Assembly: GCA_951406725.2 (NCBI GenBank) | Contig: OX597821.1 | Coordinates: 114,824,001 to 114,888,000, forward strand | DNA: 64,000 bases | Direction of reading: 5' to 3' | Source: Octopus vulgaris | Lineage: Eukaryota | Shown: piece after piece, positions 1 through 12,600 of the stretch | Layout of the letters: each line of letters begins with the position of its first letter | Numbering within the stretch: position 1 is the first letter of the stretch | Position numbers and translations under genes: made by a program | The notes under the pieces: model-generated | What the model was told of the DNA's origin: nothing | The model's input: the letters and a program-made list of their open reading frames with translations, nothing else | Databases searched by the model: none

Positions 1-157
1 AATTCAAAACTAAAGGGGTCTTTCTCTCTCCCGAAGAGGAATTCATAGGACTCTGCAAATGTGCAATTTTATAAAATCTTTCATTTAAAAATAATAAACT
101 GAATAAAATACTCCATTAAATAAATGTAGAAATATTTCTGAGATTCTTTCTATTCAT

Positions 158-522
158 GGCAGGAGTGGCTGTGTGGTAAGTAGCTTACTTACCAACCACA
201 CAGTTCCAGGTTCAGTCCCACTGTGTGCCACCTTGGGCAAGTGTCTTCTACTATAGCCTCAGGCAAACCAAAGCCTGGTGACTGGATTTGGTAAACGGAA
301 ACTGAAAGAAGCCCGTCGTATAAAATATGTGTGTGTGTGTGTCCAACATTGCTTGACAACCAATGCTGGGGTGTTTAGGTCCTTGTAACTTAGCGGGTCA
401 GCAAAAGAAACCGATAGAATAAGTACTAGGCTTACAAAGAATAAGTCCTGGGGTCGATTTGCTCGACTAAAGGCGGTGCTCCCGCATGGACACAGTCAAA
501 TGACTGAAAAGAATAAAAGAAA
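158..522 (+). mobile_element. tRNA-derived SINE, major family A
   Basis: A-box-like tggctgtgtggt, B-box-like ggttcagtccc, central ccttgggcaagt, internal (TG)n. Many copies, e.g. 12831-13160, 23128-23520, 42765-43080, 49643-50075, 56255-56605, 62525-62825, 63468-63845. Confidence 0.85.
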
Positions 523-884
523 GAATTATTTATTCTTGAAGCTGAAGCCAACTTAAACCATCAGAGTCACCTGACTGGCTCCCCATGCCAGTGGCACGTA
601 AAAAGCACCATCCAAATGTGGTTGATGCCAGCTCCCCTACCCCAACTGGCTCCTGTGCTGTTGGCACATAAAAAGCACCATCCGAACGTGGCTAACACCT
701 GTACCGCCTGACCTGTTCCGGTGCCGGTGGTACGTAAAAAGCATCCACTACACTCTTGGAGTGGTTGGCGCTGGGAAGGTCACCCAGCTGTAGAAACATT
801 GCCAGATCAGATTGGAACCTGGTGCAGCCTCCTGGCTTACCAGCCCTCAAGACAAACCATCCAAACAACAGCAACAACAATATT

Positions 885-1540
885 AGTTTCAAATTTTGGC
901 ACACAGCCAGCAATTTTAGGGGATAACATCTACTCCAGTATTCAATTGGTACTTATTTTATCGACCCTAAAAGGATGAAAGGCAAAATCCACCTTTGCTG
1001 CATTTGAACCAGAACGTAAAGATGGACAAAATGCTGCCAAGCATTTTGCCCAACATGGTAACAATTCTGTCAGCTCACCACCTTCAATAATAATAGTAAT
1101 AACCCTTTCTATTAAAGGCACAAGGCCTGAAATTTGAGAGGAGGGAGATAGTCAATTACATTGACCCCAGTGTTTTACTGGTACTTAATTTACTGACCCA
1201 AAAAGGATGAAAGGCAACATCAACCTCAGCAGAATTTGAACTCAGGAAATAGCAGCAGACAAAATGCTGCTAAGTATTTTGCCCAGTGTGCTAACGATTC
1301 TGCCAGCTCACCACCATAATAATAATAATCCTTTCTGCTAAAGACACAAGGTCAGAAATTTGACAGGAGGGGACTAGTCAGTTACATCAACCCCCAGCAT
1401 TTGAGTGGTATTTAATTTATCAACCCCGAAAGGATGAAAGGCAAAGTCAACCCCAACGAAATTTGAACTCAGAATGTAGCAGTAGACGAAATACCACTAA
1501 GCATTTTACCCGGCATGCTAACAATTCTGCCAGCTAGCAA
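885..1540 (-). mobile_element. Three tandem copies of SINE family B separated by (AAT)n
   Basis: Repeated unit gagctggcagaat.gttagca...gagttcaaat...tttgcctttcatcctttcggggt.gataa...gtaccag (MetaSINE-like core by recollection); other copies at 17448, 20468, 30725, 31895, 34163, 35050 and 55165. Confidence 0.8.
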
Positions 1541-1851
1541 TAATAATAATAATAATAATAGTAATAATAATATTGCAAAATGCTTAAGTTTAGATGTTAT
1601 AAAATATACAAGAGTTAAATAAATCTGACCCCGAAGTTACATACAACACAACAGAGGTATGTACACGCAATTTATAAATATCAGTCTATGTATGTAGGAC
1701 TAAATGTCATAACGGAAATAAACCAACATAAAATTTCGACAAACAAAAATCTAGCAGTTCTACTGTCAACTTCACAAATATACAAAGTCATTACCAACAC
1801 GATTTATAATTAGTGTTAAATAAATATTAATCCATTAGAAAAAGAAAAGCC

Positions 1852-1855
1852 TGTA

Positions 1856-1918
<63 letters not shown>

Positions 1919-2261
1919 ATGTATGTATGTATATATATGTGTATATATATATTATATACATACATATATATATATTATATACATACATATATATATATAT
2001 ATTATATACATATATATATATTATATACATACATATATATATATTATATACATGCATATATATTTATATGCATACATATTCATATGCATACATATTTATA
2101 TATGTATATACACACACATACATATATATTTATATACATACATATTTATATATACACACATATAAACATTTATATACATATACATTTATATATATATAGA
2201 CCCACATATACATATATATTTATATACATATATGTACACACATATATATATACACACATTT

Positions 2262-2308
<47 letters not shown>

Positions 2309-2340
2309 AATATATATATGTACACATATATATACATATC
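1852..2340. repeat. Compound (TG)n/(TA)n/(TACA)n microsatellite
   Basis: Direct inspection. Confidence 0.95.
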
Positions 2341-2562
2341 TATCAAAAGAGTTCCATATAAATATTATTTCACTGTTTAGTCCAATGATACTGTTTTCCC
2401 AAAAATAAATTTACAATTAAATATGTTAAAATTTAAGTATTAACAAACAACAGAAAAGTAAAACACACACAAAAAAAACCAGGTGACATCGAAAAAGGAA
2501 TCGCATAAAAGAGGAATTCAGGTGGGGGGTGGATGGGGAGAAGGGAGGGAAGGAGTACTCAC

Positions 2563-2662
2563 TGATATTGATAAGTTGGTGGCAGGCTAAACAGACGCGT
2601 GCTTCTTTATTCTCCATGTACTGTAACTTTGTTTTCATGCTGCAACAGGCTGAGCAGAATAC
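2563..2662 (-). CDS. ZFYVE9: SARA/endofin-family FYVE protein, coding exon 4 (second half of FYVE domain)
   Basis: Acceptor ttttctcttcag|GTA, donor ATC A|gtgagt; phase 0 to 1. Encodes VFCSACCSMKTKLQYMENKEARVCLACHQLINI with the RVC motif. No further exon was recognised in 1-2562. Confidence 0.95.
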
Positions 2663-3839
2663 CTGAAGAGAAAAGTAACGATTGTTGAGTGTTTCCATGA
2701 GCCATTGTTGTCAGTTTCTCAGAAACTCGAGTCAGTGTTCAGAGCAGGGATATTAAAAAAAGAAAGAGGATATGAGATATGCATCAAGGAAGTCTGCAGG
2801 CAAAATGCTGATTAAAATGATTAGAAGTGAAAGAATATCTGCAGTATGAGGTTAGAGAGAGAGAGAGAGAGGTGTAAGAGTGAAATAGTTTTAAAGTTAC
2901 AAAGTGGGGAAAAATGTTTGAGGTTATAGTTGAGAAATAATTAGCAATTATCCAAGAATAATTACAATTACATCGAATCTTTTGTTTGAATTTTGAAATT
3001 ACTAAAGCTACTTATAAATATCTAAACCATAGAATATACACAATTACAAGTGAAACAGGATGCTATTACATATACCTTACTCATATAATAATATTATATT
3101 AAGGACATTAGCAAAACATGGTGTATGTAGCTAATTTGAAGATGCGTGACAGTGTAAACACACAGCGAAGTATATTTTTATTATTAATGCATAATCTTGC
3201 TGTGGAGTGGAACTGGCCAATTTACACCTTGTTATTGATTGGCAGTATAAAACTGAACAGTCTCAGCTCTTAACTCGATCACTGTAAGGCTTAGATAACT
3301 GTTCAATTCAGTGAGCACTGGCAACAGTGGTAAGCACTCTCTGTACTGCAGAAAACAAGGGTTATATCCCTTAAGTTTCACAAGACAATATAGGGTTAAA
3401 TATACTTCAATATACTGAATATAAAAGAATCGGTTTGAGGAGAATGCCTTTGCATATAGAAATGACTTCACAGCTAATAATCTGCCAAAATCTGTGTTTG
3501 CTGAGGTTAGCTCAAACGGAGACCAGTCAGTCAATATACACACATATATCTTACAAATAATAAAATGTAATATATGTCTCATCAGTTACACTAGGGAAAG
3601 AAGAGTAAAACAACAAAAAAAGTGGGAGTGAGTGACTGTCAGAGGTGGTAAAGTAGGTGAACAACTTTTTGCTCTGAAGACACAGGTATTTCAGTCAAAA
3701 TAAAACTGCAAATTTTTATCATAAATTGTATTTAGTTTATCAGTTACACAAACACAAATATAAGAATTTAAATACTAAACACTTGATTCCAAAAAATACT
3801 ATCACTCACATAACATATATATAGATGCTATGTGAACGA

Positions 3840-3874
<35 letters not shown>

Positions 3875-3876
<2 letters not shown>

Positions 3877-4182
3877 CGTGATGACTGTGACCTGACCAGG
3901 TTATCAGATGTTGCTACACATCGCTGGTCACAATGCACTTTGCATTGTTTTAGCCTTCAAGTGACGCCACCCCGCTGGCTAAGCGAGCAGACCAACAGAA
4001 GAAAGAGTGAGAGAAAGTTGTGGCGAAAGAGTACAGCAGGGATAGCCACCACCTCCTGCCGGAGCCTCGTGAAGCTTTAGGTGTTTTCGCTCAATAAACA
4101 CTCACAACACCCGGTCTGGGAATCGAAACCATGATCCTACAACCACGAGCCCGCTGCCCTAACCACTGGGCCATTGCGCCTC
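3875..4182 (-). mobile_element. tRNA-derived SINE family C
   Basis: Minus head ggaggcgcaatggcccagtggttagggcag...ggtttcgattcccag; related copies at 8945-9240, 9315-9548, 34845-35050, 44665-45040 and 61290-61582. Confidence 0.75.
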
Positions 4183-4205
4183 CACACACACACACACACA
4201 CACAT

Positions 4206-4237
<32 letters not shown>

Positions 4238-4617
4238 GTAATGCCTTGATATAGAAGATAATTTGTACCCAGAGAATGCTTGTAAAGCAGAGCAATAACT
4301 TGTAAAGCAGAGCAATAACTTCCCATAGTAGCAACATTGTAAATCGTAATTCGTTTCCAGAAATATATTTCACCTATAAAATTTATAATACTCGTAAATG
4401 AATGGCAATAAATGTAAAGAATATTTTATGTAAAGTAAAAAGATTGTCAAGATCATTTATAATAAAAAATATTATTATAATCGTTTTCTGAATCACGCAC
4501 ACCATCACTTCCTGTAACCCAACAAATAGACATAACGACGAAGACAATGGTAAAGACCCTGCTGGGGGTATAATAAAAAAGGAAAAAAGCTAATGAGGTA
4601 GTGGAACATCTACTAAC

Positions 4618-4979
4618 TTTGCCACAAGCCCTGCAATGATGTCTGCGCTTTGTGAATCTAAATTTGGCTTCACATTGCATGCAATTGGGGGCATCTGCAT
4701 CTGGAACCCACACAGGAGCAACAGCACCAATCTGAGAATGGGACGTCCTATCACCCTCTGATACTTCCTGGTCTTGTTGTTGCTGCTGCTGCTGCTGCTG
4801 CTGTTGCAGCTGTTGTTGTTGTTGTTGTTGCTGTGGTTTGGGTTCTGACTGTTGTGACTGACTCTGCTCGGAATGGTCATACTCTCCTTCCTCGCTATTT
4901 TCTACTCCGCCATCACCGCTAAGACTTGACTGTGAGGTGGTGGGTGAAGACGTCAATTCTTGTGAAGCATTCTCGACCC
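4618..4979 (-). CDS. ZFYVE9: SARA/endofin-family FYVE protein, coding exon 3 (polyQ, first half of FYVE domain)
   Basis: Acceptor ttttctaattttag|GG, donor GGC AAA|gttagt; phase 1 to 0. Encodes [34 protein letters not shown] with the WxxD and RRHHCR FYVE signatures. Confidence 0.95.
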
Positions 4980-5409
4980 CTAAAATTAGAAAACAAATTC
5001 AAAATAAACAATAAGATAATTACGATAAAATTGATCATTTGAAAGTGTACAACTTTTATGTGCACACACACACACACGGAAGAGGTGCATGTGTGCAAGT
5101 GTAATTAATATACAAGATGCATACATATTACAGTCTGGAAGAGGCATTTTAGCCATTTAGAAGACACACAAAACTGTTATTGTCAGTTTTAATTTATTTT
5201 GTGAGCAGTCAGTATTTTTATTGTACCTGGTCACTAACACAACTCGACTGCAGCTGTTTGAAACTTAGTCCTAGGTCAGTTTTTATAGCCCATACATATG
5301 TGTGTGTGTGTACATGTATTTGTATACACCTGTGTGTGTATATATACACATGGAAAGCAGACTTTAAATGATGATGATATATACACACTTGTTTAGATTA
5401 GTAACAATT

Positions 5410-5457
<48 letters not shown>

Positions 5458-5637
5458 TATATATATATCATGAAGTATATTTGCCACCTAAATGTGGCTG
5501 ACCATAAAAGGGAAAATGCTACTATGGTTTATAGCCCCAGGAAGACATCTCCTCCAGCTGGCTATTGACACACGGTCTGTGCCCTATCATTATTTGCAAA
5601 GGGAAGTCATCGTTCCCATCTACAGCCTGACGCGATA

Positions 5638-5682
5638 CACACGGACCCGAGTTTCTGGATATTGACCTGTCATCAGCACATG
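5638..5682 (-). ncRNA. Minimal type I hammerhead ribozyme motif (inverted copy, decayed stems)
   Basis: Minus: catgtg CTGATGA caggt-caat-atcca GAAAC tcgg GTC cgtgtg. Intact core; stems carry mismatches and G.U pairs. Confidence 0.7.
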
Positions 5683-5911
5683 ACAACCACTGGCTGGTGA
5701 TGGGAGATGACTTCTTAATGCAAATATATTTACTTTTTCCAGATTTAGGTGGAAAATATACCTCAAGATGTTGTGCTGCTACTGTTTACATCTCACTCAA
5801 AGATTTATTATTGCGTGTTTCTCCTTTTTCAAGATCAGTGACTTTTCATCACTGAAACAAAAATATATATTTGCATTGAGAAATCATCTCCCATCTCCAG
5901 CCGGTGGTTGT

Positions 5912-5955
5912 CACACACTGATGATGGGTCAATACCCAGAAACTCGGGTCCGTGT
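5912..5955 (+). ncRNA. Minimal type I hammerhead ribozyme motif
   Basis: cacaca CTGATGA tgggt-caat-accca GAAAC tcgg GTC cgtgt: intact core, 5-bp stem II, short stem III, GUC site; first stem I pair is A.C. Confidence 0.8.
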
Positions 5956-6076
5956 ATATCGTGTCAGGCTGGAGATGGGAACAGTGATTTCCCTTTGCAA
6001 ATACTGATAGGGCACAGACAGTGGGTCAATAGGCAGCTGGAAGAGATGTCTTCTTGGAGCTATAAACCACAGTAGC

Positions 6077-6322
6077 TATTTCTTTACTACCCACAAGGGG
6101 CTACACACAGAGGGGACAAACAAGGACAGACAAACGGATTAAGTCGATTACATCGACCCCAGTGCATAACTGGTACTTAATTTATTGACCCCCCGAAATG
6201 ATGAAAGGCAAAGTTGACCTCAGCAGAATTTGAACTCAGAACGTAACTGCAGACGAAATACGGCTATGCATTTCGACCGGCATGCTAACGTTTCTGCCAG
6301 CTCACCGCCTTAGCGAGTAGCC
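6077..6322 (-). mobile_element. tRNA-derived SINE inserted with a 13-bp target-site duplication
   Basis: TSD aaaccacagtagc at 6064-6076 and 6323-6335; same family as 885-1540. Confidence 0.85.
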
Positions 6323-6400
6323 AAACCACAGTAGCATCATCCCTTTATGGTCAGCCACGTGCTGCAACTGTTTACATCTTGTTCAGAGATTTATTATTGC

Positions 6401-6432
<32 letters not shown>

Positions 6433-6531
6433 AATCGTTGCTAATCCAAACAATAAGTTGTACAAAATTTTAATGAAAGCTGAAAATACAGAGAATGTAT
6501 GAAGGTTTATTCAAATTTTAACACACAGACG

Positions 6532-6570
6532 CACACTTAACTGGTTTCACATTTGATTTTCAAAAGTGTG
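6532..6570 (-). ncRNA. Hammerhead motif, U3-A8 core variant
   Basis: Minus: cacactt TTGAAAA tcaaatgt GAAAC ca GTT aagtgtg. Perfect 7-bp stem I; weak stem II. Confidence 0.6.
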
Positions 6571-7289
6571 TCGTATGTGGAGCAGTGCTGTAAACTGTAT
6601 CTTTTTCTGGCCATTGGTGTATATGAGTACACACAATCGGTTAGATACACTCTAATATATCAAGTAGAAAGAACAGTGGATCGAATCAAACCACAGCCCA
6701 GATGTGTAACCTCTCTACAGATGTCACAGCAAATCATTAACTCCATTCTCCACTCTATCACTAAAGTAAATATCCAGCCAATTGTTAAATATAGATTTAA
6801 GCTTAACAAACTTATATAATCCACCAGTCTGTGCTGAAAACTCTAACCCATGTCTAAACATAAACAGGGGCAGCCAATATTCACTTAGATATCTTATAAT
6901 ATAAACAAGAGTTTTTTGTTTTTGTTTTTTGTGGGGGTGGCGGTGTTCCTTATGGATTCAAAAACTGAGATGCCAATTTTAACAAATGAGGTATCAACAA
7001 AATTCAGTAATCTTTCAACTACCAATTAAAGTATGTTTTCTGTGAAGGTATGCCATTTTTGGATGATAAATAAAATTAAATAAGTTTCCCCTTCATTTGG
7101 CAAACTGCATTTCCCACTACTCTTGACTGCTTCCGGTTCTAAAATAACTTCCTTTTATGCACACACACACACTCTAGGTAAAACTTCTGCACAAATTATG
7201 TTACTTCTTGTTGTGTGCATGTACAAAATTACAGCTCAACTTGAACTAAAATTATCATTAGTAGATATTTCGTGAAGGACCCGTTCATA

Positions 7290-8239
7290 CCTCAGTGTGA
7301 AATAATTTTGTTTCCACAGGTTTTTTCAAGTGCATTCAACATGTTGCAAGCCACTTCTTTATGGAAATAAAGGGGGAATTGGTGGTGGTGGTGGTGGTGG
7401 TGGTGGTGGTGAAGTAACCAGAGTTTCCCACCAATGGAATTTTTGTTTTGCAGGATCTCTTTTTCCTTTTCCAGGTTATTTTCCATGCTTTCAACAAATG
7501 TGATATCAAAATCACATGTACACAGCTCCTTTCCCCAGAAAAGGAAAGATTTCACTGCTATTTCTCCCACACTCTGCTACCATGTAACAGCTATTGTAAC
7601 AATAAATGTATTTATAGGGAAGATAAACATTTATGGTAGTGTACAAGAAATCATGTCATTCCTAAATCAAAGAAAAGATGCTTTGCTCCATGGAAAGTTA
7701 TGCCTTTTGTAAACCATTTTGTGAGTCACTTATAAGACCATAGAACAGTGAAAAAATGCCTGAAAATGTCCATAGGGAGCACCGTGTACTGGTGATTGTT
7801 TTCTAGCTGAGTGACCGACATGTAATTCACACAGCAGCAACCTATTGGCAGTTTTCATGTGGAAGTGAAGATCAATGAAACTTTGATTGTTTGAAAAAAT
7901 ATGCAAATGGTTGGCTTCTGAGCTAGCGAAATAGCTGTTAGGTGGTAGCAGAGCATGCTAGAAATAGCAGCCAAATCTTTCCTTTTCTGAGGAAAGGAGC
8001 CAATTATATGTGATTTCGAAGTCACATTCGTTGAAAGCATGTGAAACAACCTGGAAAAGAAAAAAATCTTATGAAACAAAACTGTGCTGGTGGGAAACTC
8101 CGAATTTCCCAGGAAACTCAGAGATCCAACTCCACCCCTTTTTCTTTCAGAAATAAGTGGCTTGTGGGGGGTTTGGAGGTCAGATACATTGAATGCACTC
8201 AAAAAAAAACCTGTGGAAAAAAATTATTTCACACTGAGG
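7290..8239. mobile_element. Non-autonomous DNA transposon with ~300-bp TIRs and TA target duplication
   Basis: TA|CCTCAGTGTGAAATAATTTT...AAAATTATTTCACACTGAGG|TA; arms ~7290-7595 and ~7930-8239; partial third copy at ~51760-51990. Confidence 0.8.
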
Positions 8240-9571
8240 TACAAAATATTTAGCTTGCTTTTCTCAAAATTTCTTTCTGGCAAATCCACAGAGTTAAAAA
8301 AAAAACAGAGAGTATGAATCTTACAAAATTTTCTTATTTCTTTTTTCTTAAAAAAAAAAGACTAAAATTTCCTTCCCCAACATCCACCCAGCACCTCCCC
8401 ACTTTCAAAAAGCTACAAACTCTCAATGTTTCACTTTTAGCTTTCTGGAGAGCAGGAAAGTTTCTTTACAAATAATGTCATTTAACTGTTGTTTTTAGCA
8501 TGTCAGGTCTTCTGGTGGTGGTCTGATATTTTTTATGTCTGTTATTTCAGTAGAATTCTACACATTCATGAAGAATCATACAAAAGTGAAACATACAGAG
8601 CTTTTAGCTTCTTGAAAGTAGGTAGATGATGAGTGGGTGATGTGGGGCGGGGAAGGGGTTTGAGTGTTTCTTTAAGAAAAAATAAACTTTATGAAGCAAT
8701 ACATAGGTTATGACCCTTCTTAAGAACAGAAAGCACTTTTATGCAAAGCCCTGCAAATTGTACCCCCCACCCAAGTTCTCAACAGCACAATGCTTTACAC
8801 TTATAAACACAGAACATGGCAAAGCTATTGACAGTTTACCACTTCTGATAATAACAGTACACAAACTGAGATATGAATTGCTCCTCATCAGTTGATTCAT
8901 TACTACAAAATGAAAGTCTAGAATGCACAACTTCGAATTGCTATGATCATGAGGTTGTGAGTTCGATTCCCAGACCGGGCTGTGTGTTGTGTTCTTGAGC
9001 AAGACATTTTATTTCATGTTGCTCCAGTTAACTCAGCTGTAGAAATGAGTTGCAATATCACTGGTGCCAAGCTGTATCGGCCCCTTTGCCTTTCCCTTGG
9101 ATAACATCAGTGGTGTGGAGATGGGAAGCTGGTATGCATAGACGACTGCTGGCCTTCCACAAACAACCTTGCCTGGACTTGTGCCTTGGAGGGTAACTTT
9201 CCAGGTGCTATCCCATGGTTAGTCATGACCGAAGGGGGTCTCCTCCTCTAATTGTTGGTTCTTTACAGTGATGCCACCAAAACAACAAAATGCTAATTTA
9301 TCTCCAGAAACAATTGTGACAAGGCTGGTCCTTTGAAATACAAGTACAACTGAAACAGGAAGAAAGAGTGAGAGAAAGTTGTGGTGAAAGAGTACAGCAG
9401 GGTTCCCTGCCACCACACCCTGCTGGAGCCTTGTGGAGCTTTACGTGTTTTCGCTCAACAAACGCTCACAATGCCCAGTCTGGGAATCGAAACTGCGATC
9501 CTACAACTGCAAATCCACTGCCCTAACCACTGGGCCATTGCACCTCCACACACACACACACACACACACAC

Positions 9572-9624
<53 letters not shown>

Positions 9625-12600
9625 AAAAAGCAAAAGAGTCAAAAGGAAGAGTAAGTACGGTTAGGCAGCTTTTTAATTGCTACAAATATTCCGATGCATA
9701 CAGATCCTCGTATATACAGGATTTAAATTTAAATTTAAATTAAATTATGTAATGATTTACCTGTATAAGAAGATCTATATTTATCTCCTCAGGCGATACT
9801 CAGTTGCCGTCTCCCTAAGTAAATTTAGATTTCCATCCTGGAACTACCAGCTATTTGAGAATTCTAAGGGTGAACAAGCTCTATTTGTACTATTATACGT
9901 TCTTAACAGAACACACCTCAACTACATACATACATACATACATAGTATAGCTATAAATCCAACACCCATTACTAAAAAGGGGTCTTTAATTTCTCATTCA
10001 CAAAGGCAGCACTACAAAAAGAGTTCAATAGAATAAGAAATCAATAAGATAAAACAAATGCAAGTTAATAAAGGATATTCATATAATTTAGTGGAACAAG
10101 TTACAGAGAAACAATTTCAACAACAGCTTCAATAAAACCAACGCCCACTCAATCTCCATCAGGTTACACAAAGTCTATAATATATGTGACAAAGATTGGG
10201 AGCAGTTTAATCCAATGGTTTTCAACTGCAGTATAGACGACCCTTGTGGGGGGGGGATATGACCCAGGCTAGGGTACATATGCCCCTTGGAGGTCCAGAT
10301 AAGATCATGTTGTTAAAACTTGTGTGCAATAAACTGGTTTTTCTTCTACAATGCACTAAATATTTAAATATTTTTTTTTGTAATACAATTTATTGTAATA
10401 TTTAATTATGAAAATATCTTAAATTTTATATATTTCAATCATTTAGACTGCAGCTATACTAGGGCAGTGTCTTGTAGAATTTTAGGCAAACAAATCAACC
10501 TCAGCACCTATGTTTTTTAAAGCCTGGTTCTTATTTTATTGACCCTTGCCAAACCACTAATTACAGGGACATAAACACACACACACAACAGGATTCTATC
10601 TGTTTCCCTTTACCAAATCCACTTACAAAGCTTTGGTCGACCTGAGGCTATAAAAGAAGACATTTGCCCAAGGTGCCACACAGTGGGACTGAACCAGGGA
10701 TCATGCAGTTAGGAAGCAAACTTTTTACCACACAGCCACACCTCGATTTTTTAAAAACTGAATCAGGCTATGGGGATAAACCTGAGTAAAATAGGAATTA
10801 AAGGAGTCCATAGGTAAAAAAAGGGCCGAGAACCCATTAACAGAGAAATGTCATTAGACAGAACAACAACAATACACATTGTATCCAATTATAAATTATA
10901 TATTCCATGTATATATAAAAAAAAAAGAAAATATGGAGATTTAAAACCTCAACAATAACAACAAATCACAAACCAGCAAGTTTCTGAATAAACTTCAAGA
11001 TGATAGGCACAGACACAGCTTTCCAACCAGGCTGGCCAAAGCCTTGTGAGTGGATCTGGTAGATGGAAACTGAATGAAGCCTGAAATATGTTCATGTGTG
11101 TGTTTGTACCTCACCACAACCATAACATAGCAGTTCAGCAAAAGAGGCCAATAGGTTAAATACCAGTCTTCGAAAAAAAAAAAGTACAGGGGTCTATTCA
11201 TTTGACTAAGAACTCTTTGCTGCAGTGCCCCAGCATGGCCATGATCTAATCATTGAAACAAGCAATAGGTGAAAAACAATAAATGAAATTTCCACATTCA
11301 TATGTAACCAAAATAATTCCTAACTTCCGAACCAACTGTTTTATTGGACATACAAGCATCACACTTTCTTACCAACTTACTATGCATCTTCAATAACAAG
11401 TCATTTAATCACATTATACCATCCTCATCCTTATAACTGTTTGAAGTCCATTTTTCCCATGCTTGTATGAATTAGACGAAATTCAATGATGCAAACGTTC
11501 TACAGCTGGATGCCCTTCTTGTCACCAACCCTTACCTGTTTCCTAACAAGGTCATATTTCCTCTTGTCCTTCAAACACAAATGGCCCCGTGGCTGGAACA
11601 ACACAACCAGTATGACTATGACATTCGTCTACAATTACTGTGAACGGTTGAGACAAAAAATCATAAAGATACCAACTCACAAACACAACAAGCTTCTTTC
11701 AATTTCCGTTTCCCAAATCCGTTCATAAAACTTTGGTCAGCCTAGAGCTATAATAGAAAACACAGGCCGTAGGCGCTATGCGATAGGATTGAACCCCGAA
11801 TCACGTGGTTGAGAATTGGATTTCTTAATGACACAGCCAAGCCTATGCCTGACACAAAGATAGACAGAAATAGCCACAATTTGTTTATACAACTGTCTTA
11901 ATTTACCCTTGAAGACTAGATGAGAATGGGTGATGAGGCAGAGTAAGGAGTGCTACCCAGGGAGGCCTGCAGCATGAAAGATACATAGAAAAGTGGGTGA
12001 TGAGATAATGGATGTAGTGAGAGAAGTTATTTTAGTTAATTAAATTCACAACCAGAACGAAGAAGAAAAACAATCATTATGATAATGAGTAGCTCTGATC
12101 AAGAAAGACAAGATTAATTATGGTAGCTACATTAATAACAAAATATAGCACACACACACACATACAAGCACACACATGTAAATCACACACACACACACAA
12201 TCACATGCACATACACTCATATCCACACAGAGCCTACTTAAGTCACAGACACCAGACACTGAAATTGATTGTGGCCTACAATAAATATGACAGTACCAAC
12301 TATCCTTACAACAACTTGCAGATCAGTGAGGAGATAAAAACCAGGAAGGTACTGAAAGTAGATTATTGCTCCAAACAGAAGTGAGGAAATGCGACAACCA
12401 CCAAATAGCTGCAGTTAAAAGAACAAAACAAAACAATAAACAAGCTGCTCCCCCTCCTCCACACACACTCTACGTAAACTAATTAAGGTTTACTAATGAC
12501 TCAACAACAGATTGTAAATAGCTGCAAGCTTATTTTTATTCTTCCTCATTTCTTCAACCTTGTTCAAAGCTTAGAAAAACAAATTAAAATAGCAATCTAT

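Larger units (their letters stand above)
5471..6400. mobile_element. Hammerhead-bearing inverted/permuted repeat (Penelope pLTR or retrozyme-like), interrupted by a SINE
   Basis: Arm 5494-5730 is the reverse complement of 5862-6076 plus 6336-6358; 5773-5813 recurs directly at 6359-6400; (TA)n on both flanks. Confidence 0.7.

Noticed and set aside
158-235. tRNA-like A/B boxes as tRNA genes
   Set aside because: These are SINE heads without a complete cloverleaf, fused to repeat bodies.
566-860. Regularly spaced ~25-bp repeats resembling a CRISPR array
   Set aside because: Eukaryotic interspersed repeat; spacers are mutually similar and there are no cas genes.
1827-2380. Long Y/I/C/V/H/T-rich ORFs (also ~31050, 39947-40396, 61794-62211)
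   Set aside because: Stop-free translations of microsatellites.
2700-2740. GAAACTCGAGTCAGTG resembling a hammerhead 3' half
   Set aside because: No CUGANGA-type core upstream.
4453-4617. Hydrophobic C-terminal tail of the 167-aa ORF
   Set aside because: Read-through past the donor at 4617; the FYVE domain continues in exon 2662-2563.
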